64,000 bases of DNA from Candidatus Saccharimonadota bacterium. Its GTDB lineage: Bacteria; Patescibacteriota; Saccharimonadia; Saccharimonadales; UBA10212. The translations under genes were made by a program, and so were the position numbers. Shown here in pieces: positions 39,707 through 48,685 of the stretch. The stretch is from contig JACPKF010000001.1 of the NCBI GenBank assembly GCA_016187125.1, positions 302,178-366,177 on the forward strand, written 5' to 3'. Under the pieces are notes generated by a model, which had not been told where the DNA came from, made no database searches, and was given only the letters and a program-made list of their open reading frames with translations. Each line of letters begins with the position of its first letter. Positions within the stretch are counted from its first letter, which is position 1.

Positions 39707-40733
39707 GAATATACAGGAAAATGTTGATCTCAAAGCCCACAGTACGATGCGCCTTGGGGGCAAAGCCCACTATTTGGCTGAGGCTGACTCTGAAACCAGA
39801 GTCAAAAATCTAGTCAACTGGGCCAATACCAGAAACTTGCCGGTGATCATGATTGGTGAGGGTAGCAACATCATCTGGCAGGACGAGGGCTACCAAGGAC
39901 TTGTTATTGTCAACAAGATTCCTGGAATCAAAATAGCCGCTGAAGATGATAAGAATCTGACCATAAAAGCCGGCGGCGGCGAAATGTGGGACAAAATTGT
40001 CGAATGGAGTACAAACAAGAATCTCACCGGCATCGAGTTTTTATCTCGGATCCCCGGTTATGTTGGGGCAGCACCAGTCCAGAACATTGGCGCCTACGGC
40101 GCCGAACTTAGTGATGTGCTGGTTGAGCTAGAGGCTTACGATACCAATTTACGAAAATTTGTAACTTTAGCTAACAAAGATTGCGCCTTCGCTTACCGAA
40201 CCAGCCGGTTCAAAACGGTTGATAAAGGCAGATTTCTAATTACCTCTGTTACCATTAAGCTAGCTAAATCCAGTCCCAAACCGCCGTTTTATGAATCGTT
40301 GCAAAATTACTTGGACGAACACAAAATCCGAGACTATAGTCCAAGGACCATACGCCAGGCGGTGACTGAAATCCGTAAAATTAAATTGCCGGATCCATCA
40401 GTGGTAGCCAACAATGGTTCGTTTTTTACCAATCCGATAATCAACAAGCTCAAATACCAGAAGTTAAAAGCTGATTTTCCAGAAATAAAGGGCTGGGGGC
40501 ATAGTGACGGCCAAATAAAAATTGCGGCTGGATGGATGGTTGAGAAAGCTGGTTTTAAAGACTTTCACGATAAAAAGACAGGCATGGGCACTTGGTGGGG
40601 TTCGGCTCTAGTTATGATTAATGAGGAGGCTAGGACGACGGCCGATTTGTTAGCCTTCAAGCAAAAGATTGTCAGTAAAGTCTATGAGATGTTCGGCATT
40701 ATACTTGAGCAAGAACCAGAACTCTTGCCTTAA
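39705..40733 (+). CDS. murB: UDP-N-acetylenolpyruvoylglucosamine reductase
   Basis: GEGSN, IPG..GAAPVQNIGAYG, YRTSRF, GSFFTNP, LEQEP. Confidence 0.95.
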   Translation: MNIQENVDLKAHSTMRLGGKAHYLAEADSETRVKNLVNWANTRNLPVIMIGEGSNIIWQDEGYQGLVIVNKIPGIKIAAEDDKNLTIKAGGGEMWDKIVEWSTNKNLTGIEFLSRIPGYVGAAPVQNIGAYGAELSDVLVELEAYDTNLRKFVTLANKDCAFAYRTSRFKTVDKGRFLITSVTIKLAKSSPKPPFYESLQNYLDEHKIRDYSPRTIRQAVTEIRKIKLPDPSVVANNGSFFTNPIINKLKYQKLKADFPEIKGWGHSDGQIKIAAGWMVEKAGFKDFHDKKTGMGTWWGSALVMINEEARTTADLLAFKQKIVSKVYEMFGIILEQEPELLP

Positions 40734-40754
40734 CTAGTTAAATAACGTTGCTTG

Positions 40755-40895
40755 CCCCGCACCAAAACCTGAGCGAAGCAGTCGGTAATCCAGCACATTT
40801 TCATCTCTTATCGCAATCTGATTGCTGACTGCTCAAAAACAGGAAAATATGCGGGACAGGTCGGATTGTGGAGCATCAAGCTTTTGGTGCGGGGT
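40755..40895. repeat. CCCCGCACC...GGTGCGGGG element with nested insert, overlapping the glyA 3' end
   Basis: Near-identical ends to 8575-8645; encodes the terminal DPAPKA* of GlyA. Confidence 0.75.
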
Positions 40896-42153
40896 CGCTG
40901 GGTAGCGGGAACTTTTTACAGAATTCGCCGATTTGCTTATTTAGCCTGGTAAGTATTTTTGCGTCACTGGCGCTGCTAATAGCTTCGTCAATCCAGCTGG
41001 CTATTTGGACCATCTCCTTTTCTTTCATGCCTCTGGTGGTTATAGCCGGAGTGCCCATACGGATACCAGACGGACTAAACGGTGACCGAGGATCAAAAGG
41101 CACGGTATTTTTATTAACCGTTATGCCGGCTTTGCTAAGAGCTTTTTCGGCGTCGGCGCCAATAATTTTTTTATTTGTCAGATCAATTAACAACAGATGA
41201 TTATCGGTGCCGCCGGTGACTAATTTGTAGTCCTTTTTAAGAAGTTCTTCGGCTAGGATCTTGGCATTTTTTACAATCTGCCGGCCATATTGCTTGAAGC
41301 TCGGCTGGGCGGCCTCGCGCAGGGCCACGGCAATAGCCGCTGTCTGATGGTTATGAGGACCACCTTGCAAGCCTGGAATAATCGCCCGGTCTATTAAAGT
41401 TGGCAGGTTTTCCGGTCGGCGTTCAGCAGCTTTTAGCGGATTAGAAGGGTTGCCGTTGCATAAGATCATTGCTCCCCTGGGGCCACGCAGCGTTTTATGA
41501 GTAGTAGTCATAACTACATGTGCTTGGCCGACTGGCGAAGGATGGGCTCCAGCTACTACCAGGCCAGCTATATGTGAAATGTCGGCGATTAACCACGCTC
41601 CCGATATGTCGGCGATCTCCCGGAGTCTTGCCCATTCGAATATCCGGGGATAAGCAGTCGCGCCCACAAAAATCAGTTTTGGTTTTTCGGTTTTAACCAT
41701 TTTTGTCATCTCCCCGTAGTCCAGGTAACCGTCTTTTCCGGTATGGTATTGGACTGAGCGGTAGTAGGTGCCGGAAAAATTAACCTTCAGGCCATGTGTC
41801 ATATGGCCGCCGAAATACAAGTGCATACCCATGACTGTATCGCCAGGGTCAACCAAGGCAAAATAGATGGCTTGATTGGCCGGCGAGCCGGAATACGGCT
41901 GAACATTGGCATGAGATACACCAAATAAGGCCTTGGCTCTATCGCGCGCCAGGTTTTCTACGGCGTCCACGTATTCGCAACCTCCGTAGTAACGCATACC
42001 CGGATAGCCCTCCGAATATTTATCAGTCAGACGAGAACCAAGCGCTTTTAGGACATCGGCGGAAGTATGATTCTCGCTGGGAATCATCTCTAAGCCTTCC
42101 CGTTGCCGCTTGCCCTCAGCCGCAATTAACTTTTCTATTTCTTTATCATTCAT
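40876..42153 (-). CDS. glyA: Serine hydroxymethyltransferase
   Basis: MIPSEN, YSEGYPG, TTTHKTLRGPRG; start MNDKE. Confidence 0.97.
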   Translation of the reverse strand: MNDKEIEKLIAAEGKRQREGLEMIPSENHTSADVLKALGSRLTDKYSEGYPGMRYYGGCEYVDAVENLARDRAKALFGVSHANVQPYSGSPANQAIYFALVDPGDTVMGMHLYFGGHMTHGLKVNFSGTYYRSVQYHTGKDGYLDYGEMTKMVKTEKPKLIFVGATAYPRIFEWARLREIADISGAWLIADISHIAGLVVAGAHPSPVGQAHVVMTTTHKTLRGPRGAMILCNGNPSNPLKAAERRPENLPTLIDRAIIPGLQGGPHNHQTAAIAVALREAAQPSFKQYGRQIVKNAKILAEELLKKDYKLVTGGTDNHLLLIDLTNKKIIGADAEKALSKAGITVNKNTVPFDPRSPFSPSGIRMGTPAITTRGMKEKEMVQIASWIDEAISSASDAKILTRLNKQIGEFCKKFPLPSDPAPKA

Positions 42154-42165
42154 AGCAAACTCCCA

Positions 42166-42331
42166 GGAGCTACATACCGCATCAGCTTGCACAGCTTGTC
42201 AGAGCCAGCAGCTCCGCCGATGCTCTTGGCAAATCGCGTTGTTGCCATCTGCGCTGCTCCTTCAATGTATTTGAATACATCTAAGTCCGCTGCTCGCTGG
42301 CGCCTAGCGATTTACCCAAGTATGTACCTCC
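42166..42331 (-). repeat. ~165-nt multi-stem element in the glyA 5' region, homologous to the tsaE insert
   Basis: Closing stem GGAGGTACATAC/GTATGTAGCTCC; shared CGCC..CGAG, GGCAACA and TGCCAAGAGC motifs. Confidence 0.7.
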
Positions 42332-42437
42332 TCTACCTTTAATCTTTAATATTTGAGTTGATTTTTAGGTAGCTAGATCATAACTTTATTGTACAGCTAA
42401 GTGGCTAGATATTAAGTTGTAATTTATTCTTACCGCC

Positions 42438-42483
42438 TCATTTCCTAATAGATTATGCGATCGCATAATCTATTAGGAAATGA
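42438..42483. repeat. 46-bp perfect palindrome
   Basis: TCATTTCCTAATAGATTATGCGA|TCGCATAATCTATTAGGAAATGA. Confidence 0.95.
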
Positions 42484-42549
42484 TAGTTATGATCGAAGCC
42501 GACGATTTACTTGACGCTTATATCACGTGTGATATCATCATAGGGTTTT

Positions 42550-44073
42550 ATGCACGAAACTAATCAGAAAATTGGCCGGCTTATTTACCAAATCCGCCAA
42601 GAGCGAGGCTTAACTCAAGCCGCTTTTGCTAAAAAACTGGGTACTAGCCAATCAGCCGTTAATCGCATTGAGCATGGCAAGCAGAATTTAAGCCTCGATA
42701 CTCTAGGCCGTATTAGCGATGCTTTGAACAAACAAATTGTCAGCCTTGGCGGCCAGGGTGTAAACCTACGTATTGAAGGTGGACAGGAGCTTAAGGGCGA
42801 AGTTACGCTGAAAAAGAGTAAAAACGCCGCGGTGGCGATTTTGTGCGCTAGCTTGCTCAATAAGGGTACGACTCATCTTAAAAACGTGCCGCGGATTGAA
42901 GAAGTAAACCGGATTGTGGAAGTTTTAACCAGCATTGGAGTCCACGTGCGTTGGGTAGGCACTAGCGATATGGAGATAAAAGTGCCAGCCAGGCTTGACC
43001 TGGATAATATAGACAAAGCGGCGGCCCGTAAAACCAGAATTGTAATCCTGTTGGCCGGCGCCTTGATGCACGACCTGAGCGAGTTTAAAATTCCTTATGC
43101 CGGCGGCTGCGAGATAGGTAAGCGCAGCATCCTGCCGCATATTTACGCTTTGGAAGAATTCGGCGTGCACATTGAGGCCCATAAAGGCAATTACCATATC
43201 AGCGTCAAGCGGCACCTGCCTGATGGCCCGGTAATTTTATATGAATCCGGTGACACCACCACCGAAAATGTTATTTTGGCAGCCGCCCGCATGGAAGGCG
43301 AAACTGTTATAAAAATGGCCAGCGCCAATTACATGGGACAGGAGCTGTGTTTCTTTTTACAAAAACTCGGCGTCAAAATCGAAGGTATCGGTACAACCAC
43401 GCTTCGGATTAGAGGCCTCAAAAATATTAAGCGCCATGTGACTTACTGCCCAAGCGAAGATCCGGTAGAAGCCATGACTTTCATTGCCGCGGCTGTTACT
43501 ACCGATTCTTCTATTACTATTCGGCGGGCGCCAATTGAATTTTTAGAACTTGAGCTTTATAAGCTAGAAAAAATGGGTCTAAAATTTGATGTTTCCAAAA
43601 CATACAAAGCCGAAAACGGCTCGACTGATTTAGTTGATATAACCATTCATAAACACAATGGCGAACTGCAAGCGCCCGAAGAAAAAATTTACGGCCGCCC
43701 CTACCCCGGCCTAAACATTGATCACGTACCCTACTTCGTGCCGATTGTGGCTTGTGCCAAAGGTCGCAGCCTGATTCATGACTGGGTCTATGAGGACCGG
43801 GCTCTGATGTATACCGAGATGAAAAAGATTGGCGTTGATTTAGAGCTGGCTGACCCGCACCGAGTTTTTATAAACGGCCCGACACAGTGGCGGGCGGCGG
43901 ATGTTGTAGCTCCCAGTGGCCTGCGCCCGGCGGTAATTTTGCTGATCGGCATGTTAGCCGCCCCCGGCGTCTCGATGCTGCGCAATGTCTATACCATCAA
44001 CCGCGGCTACGAAGAACTAGCCGCCAGGTTAAATGATCTGGGTGCTCAGATTAGCGTCATGCACGACATCTAA
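42550..44073 (+). CDS. murA: UDP-GlcNAc enolpyruvyl transferase with N-terminal XRE-HTH
   Basis: HTH (LTQAAFA...SQSAVNRIE) followed by SKNAA, GGCEIGKR, RGYE. Confidence 0.92.
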   Translation: MHETNQKIGRLIYQIRQERGLTQAAFAKKLGTSQSAVNRIEHGKQNLSLDTLGRISDALNKQIVSLGGQGVNLRIEGGQELKGEVTLKKSKNAAVAILCASLLNKGTTHLKNVPRIEEVNRIVEVLTSIGVHVRWVGTSDMEIKVPARLDLDNIDKAAARKTRIVILLAGALMHDLSEFKIPYAGGCEIGKRSILPHIYALEEFGVHIEAHKGNYHISVKRHLPDGPVILYESGDTTTENVILAAARMEGETVIKMASANYMGQELCFFLQKLGVKIEGIGTTTLRIRGLKNIKRHVTYCPSEDPVEAMTFIAAAVTTDSSITIRRAPIEFLELELYKLEKMGLKFDVSKTYKAENGSTDLVDITIHKHNGELQAPEEKIYGRPYPGLNIDHVPYFVPIVACAKGRSLIHDWVYEDRALMYTEMKKIGVDLELADPHRVFINGPTQWRAADVVAPSGLRPAVILLIGMLAAPGVSMLRNVYTINRGYEELAARLNDLGAQISVMHDI

Positions 44074-44136
44074 ATTGGTACAGCATAGTTGACCAGGTTA
44101 GAACCACACTGATTACTACATGATACTATTCCATAG

Positions 44137-44694
44137 ATGAAAATTCTTATTTTTGAAGGTATAGCTACAAGTGGTAAATCGACAGTTATCTCTGGCTTGA
44201 AAGAAGTATTGCCTGGTTTAAATATAGAGGTCGTCGGAGAGTCCGAAACGCATATACCGATCATGAAAGAAAAGGCGGATAAGCATATTGCGTTCTTTGA
44301 GTCACTTATCAATAAACTTATTGCTAATAAACCCGACCTATTAATTTTCGACAGGCTTTATTTAACTCAAGCATTTAGAGCAAAATGTAGCATCAATGAT
44401 TATGCGGAAATAGAGAAACTACTTTCTAAGTACTCCCCTGTAACAATTTTTCTCAAAGTAGACGAATCTGCCATTGCAAGCAGGATTTCAAAAGCAGCAG
44501 AACATAGAAGGTCAGATTATTTTGCATCAAGGGGCGAATCATCAGAGGAAATTGCTCAGTACTACATTGATCAACAACGAAATCAATTGAAGCTACTAGA
44601 ACAATCCAAGCTTCCTTGTAAGATTATTAATACCACCGAGCATAGCTACGAGAAAGTAATTAAAGAAATAAATACGCTTGTTAATGAAAAATGA
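44137..44694 (+). CDS. dNMP/thymidylate-kinase-like P-loop protein
   Basis: FEGIATSGKST, LIFDRL. Confidence 0.7.
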   Translation: MKILIFEGIATSGKSTVISGLKEVLPGLNIEVVGESETHIPIMKEKADKHIAFFESLINKLIANKPDLLIFDRLYLTQAFRAKCSINDYAEIEKLLSKYSPVTIFLKVDESAIASRISKAAEHRRSDYFASRGESSEEIAQYYIDQQRNQLKLLEQSKLPCKIINTTEHSYEKVIKEINTLVNEK

Positions 44695-44799
44695 CCTCAC
44701 TTGAGGCCATTATGTTTATGCTTTGGTACACCCGGCGATGGTTCGACAAGCTTCGGCCTGAGCTCAGTCGAACGGCTCACCATAGCCTGTCGTGATATA

Positions 44800-45090
44800 T
44801 CATCCTTCGCCAGCCCAGGATTTGCTCCTGCTTAATTCTACTAACTTACTCCCGTCTCTATTGGTTAAAGCTTGCTTCTTAGCTTTTGACCAACCCTTGA
44901 GTTGCCGCTCTCTGTTCTCGGCATCAACTCATGTATTGAACTTTTCACTATAAACGTACTCAATTTTAGAATATCTTTTTGTATGTAACGATTGTTTATT
45001 CTGATACTGTGAAACACGTCGCCCTAAATTATCAGTCAGCCCAATATAATAGCTTTGATCGTTACAAAGAAGAATATATATGTAAAACAT
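44800..45090 (-). pseudogene. GIY-YIG nuclease with internal TGA, flanked by imperfect inverted repeats
   Basis: MFYIYILLCNDQSYYIGLT...EKFNT*VDAENRERQLKGWSKAKK; stop at 44929-44931. Confidence 0.85.
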
Positions 45091-45229
45091 GTACCAAATC
45101 CTGAGCCTGTCGAAGGATGGTATAGTGCACTGAACCAGGTTAGAACCATTTTGACAACCAGGAATGCAGCTATGAATTTGTAGGCGGCAGATCTTTTCTG
45201 TCGAGAAGTTTAACAGTACAATAAAGCTA

Positions 45230-46066
45230 ATGGTTAAGAATCAAGAAGGGTTCGCTCATCTGTGGCCAGTGTTGTTGGTCGTGGTTCTAGCGGTTATTGG
45301 TCTTATTGGCTGGCGGGTGTTTGAAAACAATCACAAGCTCACTGGCCAATCTTCTTCAGCGAATTCAGCCCAAGCCGATACGGCTGTAGTTGCCGACGCC
45401 GATAAATTGCCAAAGTTTATCCAAGCTGACTGGATAGATACCAGCCGTATCGGCGCTGTCTCTAAGTTTCGCTCCAGCTCTGGGCATGATTTTTCCGGCA
45501 ACGGGGAAAGCTGCCGTAGCATGAAGCATTATTTTAACGCCTTGCGAACCGCTGAAGACGAAACGCTTGTCAACAACAATCGCGGCTTTCCACCACCGTT
45601 CAGTCTAGAGGGGGCAATCCCGGTTTATAGCCCGGTTGATGGCAAAATCGTTGCGGTTGAAAGCGATAAAGAAGATGTCGGCCAGCAAATTTATATTCAA
45701 CCGCAAAATTATAAAAGCTTTACTGTCCGTCTTTTCCATATTTTCTTGCTTGATGGTTATAATAAAGGCAAATCCGTTAAAGCTGGTGAACAGATTGGTA
45801 ACGTTGGGAAAATCCAAAACAGTGACATTGCGATCAGCAGCGGAGGGCTTGGCAGCCATAATTTTGTTTCTTACTTCGAAGTGATGCCGGATTCAGTCTT
45901 TGCCAAATACCAAGCTCTTGGAATAAAGGACCGCGAAGAATTAATTATTACCAAGGAGTACCGTGATGCCCATCCCTTGCAGTGCAATGGCGAACAGTTT
46001 GCCCAGCACTATGATGGGTCTAACGCCGACGAATTTGTCTTCATTAACGGTTATAGGGGGCGTTAG
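45230..46066 (+). CDS. Exported protein with prepilin-like N-terminus and M23-like fold segment
   Basis: KNQEG|FAHL + TM helix; PVYSPVDGKI...FHI...VKAGEQIG. Confidence 0.65.
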   Translation: MVKNQEGFAHLWPVLLVVVLAVIGLIGWRVFENNHKLTGQSSSANSAQADTAVVADADKLPKFIQADWIDTSRIGAVSKFRSSSGHDFSGNGESCRSMKHYFNALRTAEDETLVNNNRGFPPPFSLEGAIPVYSPVDGKIVAVESDKEDVGQQIYIQPQNYKSFTVRLFHIFLLDGYNKGKSVKAGEQIGNVGKIQNSDIAISSGGLGSHNFVSYFEVMPDSVFAKYQALGIKDREELIITKEYRDAHPLQCNGEQFAQHYDGSNADEFVFINGYRGR

Positions 46067-46132
46067 AGGTTACTGCCGTAAACTTCGCACATTGTACCAG
46101 CGATTGCTGATTGAGTGGAATGCTTCTGGTTT

Positions 46133-46153
46133 TGGTACCCCAGGAGGGATTCG
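46133..46153 (-). repeat. 21-bp exact duplicate of the tRNA-Arg(TCT) 3' end (att-like)
   Basis: TGGTACCCCAGGAGGGATTCG equals 46351-46371. Confidence 0.9.
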
Positions 46154-46350
46154 CCCCCCAAGTATTTCTCCTGACGGGAAAATCTCGCGGGCCGCGGCTC
46201 GCGGTCTTCGCCTTTCGTCCGCCAGCTGGCGGATTCCAACTCAGACAACGCTGCGCCCGTTCGAATCCCACGCAACTGAAGCAGTTCAGTTGCTTCCAGC
46301 CATGAACAATCCTCCATAGCTAAGTCCATAAAGGACTTTGCGACGGAGGA

Positions 46351-46426
46351 TGGTACCCCAGGAGGGATTCGAACCCCCGACCTTGACGTTAGAACCGTCT
46401 TGCTCTATCCACTGAGCTACTGGGGC
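46351..46426 (-). tRNA. tRNA-Arg(TCT)
   Basis: GCCCCAGTAGCTCAG...GACG-GT TCT AA-CGTC...CTGGGGTACCA. Confidence 0.9.
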
Positions 46427-46608
46427 CCCACTTCGCTCCGGATTTGCACCGGAGCTTCGAGGGGCAAGCAATTTTATTAATCGCTGCTTGTCCTCCGAAG
46501 CTTGAGTGTAAACGAAAGCGAAGGAGGAAACTACGGGGGCGCTATCAAGAGATTATATCAGATATAAATGGAATTGAACCGACTATCTAATATTGATATA
46601 ATGGTATA

Positions 46609-47274
46609 ATGAACAAATATAGAGCAGAGGCGGAGAAGTTGAGAAAAGCGGGCTATTCATACAACATGATTACCAATGCTCTAGGTATATCCAAAGGGAC
46701 TATGAGCTATTGGTTTAAGGATAAACCATTCACACCTAATAAGAAGGTCCTTGAAAGAATTAAATATGGTCCGATAAAATCTGGTGCCAGGAGTCATAAT
46801 AGACGAGTTAAAGAAATTGCAGACTTAAAAGAGCTGGGCAGAAAAGAGCTTGGCGAAATATCAAAGAGGGACTTATGGCTGCTTGGATTAGGATTGTATA
46901 TTGGTGAGGGCAGCAAGACAACCGAGAGTATAAGGATCATAAATTCGGATCCGGCCATTATTATTACTGGTATTAGGTGGCTAAGAGAAATTTGTAATCT
47001 ACCACTAAATAATATCGTTATTAGACTTCATATCTATCCTGATACAAATAAACAAGAGGCTATTAAATTCTGGCGATCTATAACTGACATTCCGAAGAAG
47101 AATTTTCGCAATCCAACAATTGATCATCGAACGGATAAAAAATCAAAAAAAACTGGTAAATTGCCTTACGGTACAGCACACATTATGGTCATTACAAATG
47201 GTGATCCAGAAAAAGGGGTAAAACTGTATAGAAGAATTAATGGCTGGATTGCCGGAGCATTAAATCAGCTATAG
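46609..47274 (+). CDS. HTH + LAGLIDADG-like hypothetical protein directly upstream of tRNA-Gly
   Basis: LRKAGYSYNMI..ALGISKGTMSYW; LGLYIGEGSK; INSDP. Confidence 0.65.
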   Translation: MNKYRAEAEKLRKAGYSYNMITNALGISKGTMSYWFKDKPFTPNKKVLERIKYGPIKSGARSHNRRVKEIADLKELGRKELGEISKRDLWLLGLGLYIGEGSKTTESIRIINSDPAIIITGIRWLREICNLPLNNIVIRLHIYPDTNKQEAIKFWRSITDIPKKNFRNPTIDHRTDKKSKKTGKLPYGTAHIMVITNGDPEKGVKLYRRINGWIAGALNQL

Positions 47275-47287
47275 AATAAGTCGAAGA

Positions 47288-47362
47288 GCGGGTGTGGTAT
47301 AACGGCTATTACTTCAGGTTTCCAACCTGAATACGAGGGTTCGACTCCCTCCACCCGCACCA
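47288..47362 (+). tRNA. tRNA-Gly(TCC)
   Basis: GCGGGTG...TCAGG-TT TCC AA-CCTGA...CACCCGCACCA. Confidence 0.95.
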
Positions 47363-47436
47363 AATATCAGCCGATACACGAATCCCGCAAGCGTAGAAAT
47401 AACCTCTCGAACTACAGCAAATTTATATCCGCTCCT

Positions 47437-47934
47437 CTATGATTTCAGAAGCTGGGCGATAAAAATCGGGAACATTGTAGCCCCGACAATCAGTTCGGGA
47501 ATAATTCCCCACGGGTACTCGTGTTGAATACCCAGATGAAATTTCATAAACTTGTTTTCTGCCTTTATATCCATATCTCCGCCGTGCCTCAAATAATACG
47601 ACACTACCGAGACATCAGGAAGATAGGCGACAGAGCCGGCAATCAACATATCCCACTTATGAAAAATAGCTGCCGTAACAGCAAGCGCTAGCGCAATAGC
47701 CGTATCACTGAAAACAACTGTTTTATAAGTAGAAGGTATACTATGGTGATTGTGATTAATGCCATAGTGAGGTAGTGCATCGAGTACAAAATGCGAAACT
47801 AAAGCTACCGGTATGGCAACTGGCAAAGCCAAAAAGGCTCCGATCAGCGCACCGGAAAGCGCGTGGTTAGTGGCAGTCACGATTTTATAGTAACTCAAAA
47901 CCAGCCGGTTTGTGCTTATAATTAAATCGTGCAA
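47437..47934 (-). CDS. Membrane protein, putative metal-dependent hydrolase-like (start probably downstream)
   Basis: NHALSG, SHFVLDALPH. Confidence 0.6.
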   Translation of the reverse strand: MHDLIISTNRLVLSYYKIVTATNHALSGALIGAFLALPVAIPVALVSHFVLDALPHYGINHNHHSIPSTYKTVVFSDTAIALALAVTAAIFHKWDMLIAGSVAYLPDVSVVSYYLRHGGDMDIKAENKFMKFHLGIQHEYPWGIIPELIVGATMFPIFIAQLLKS

Positions 47935-48546
47935 CCTTCTGAAGAAAAGATTTACAACCAGCTAGCCCAGTTGCGAACTATGGCTTTTCGGCCGCTCAAT
48001 AAAATTTTGACTAGCCTGGGTATGACAGCCGATTCGCTCAGTTATCTGGCGGTGTTTCTGATGGTCTTATTCGTCTTCGTCAGCCAGCATAATCTAAGAC
48101 TGGGTTTTTGGTTAATTGTGGCCCGGATGTTGGCCGATGTACTGGACGGTCCCCTAGCCCGCTACCAAAAAACGGCTTCTGATCGGGGTAAATTCGTGGA
48201 CGTGTTGATGGATAATTTGGGTTTCGCTCTTTTTATTATAGGTGTAGTCAAAGCCGGCATAATAAACAGCTTGCCGGCTATAACTTACCTTTTTGCTACC
48301 GAGCTAGTGGTTGTACTGATGATTATAAGATTTAATTTAAAACGAAGAAGCAACTGGCTTTTTTACGCCAGTGCTGGCTCATTTCCGTATAATTTCGTCT
48401 ACGGCTCGTACCTGCTTTACGGTCTTTACGCCTTTGGCGGCGGCAATTATCTAAACGGAGCCGCTCAAATATTTTCGATCCTTTTAATAGCTAAGGCGGC
48501 CCTTGATTATTGGATCATTCAAAAAATCCCAGACAAAAAAGCCTAA
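47929..48546 (+). CDS. CDP-alcohol phosphatidyltransferase family
   Basis: DVLDGPLAR...G.FVDVLMD signature. Confidence 0.9.
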   Translation: MQPSEEKIYNQLAQLRTMAFRPLNKILTSLGMTADSLSYLAVFLMVLFVFVSQHNLRLGFWLIVARMLADVLDGPLARYQKTASDRGKFVDVLMDNLGFALFIIGVVKAGIINSLPAITYLFATELVVVLMIIRFNLKRRSNWLFYASAGSFPYNFVYGSYLLYGLYAFGGGNYLNGAAQIFSILLIAKAALDYWIIQKIPDKKA

Positions 48547-48685
48547 AACTCCCTGAACCTCAAAACCCCCAGTCAACGTGTAAAGTTAAGGACCGACTCA
48601 TCCGTTGTTTACAAGGAGTTGTTTACAAGGAGCCTCCTTGTAAACGGCAAAAATATTGCCTAATGATTATGTTTTGAGATTCAGG

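Noticed and set aside
42166..42331. ZTP or glycine riboswitch upstream of glyA
   Set aside because: Consensus motifs were not recognised, and the sequence resembles the repeat inserted in tsaE.
42550..42760. HTH-MurA fusion as a novelty
   Set aside because: Real, but to my knowledge already seen in Actinobacteria and Saccharibacteria; kept as a feature only.
44929..44931. Internal TGA as evidence for UGA=Gly recoding (code 25)
   Set aside because: Intact core genes such as tpiA, folD and tsaE end at TGA and have no internal TGA; a single nonsense mutation is the simpler explanation.
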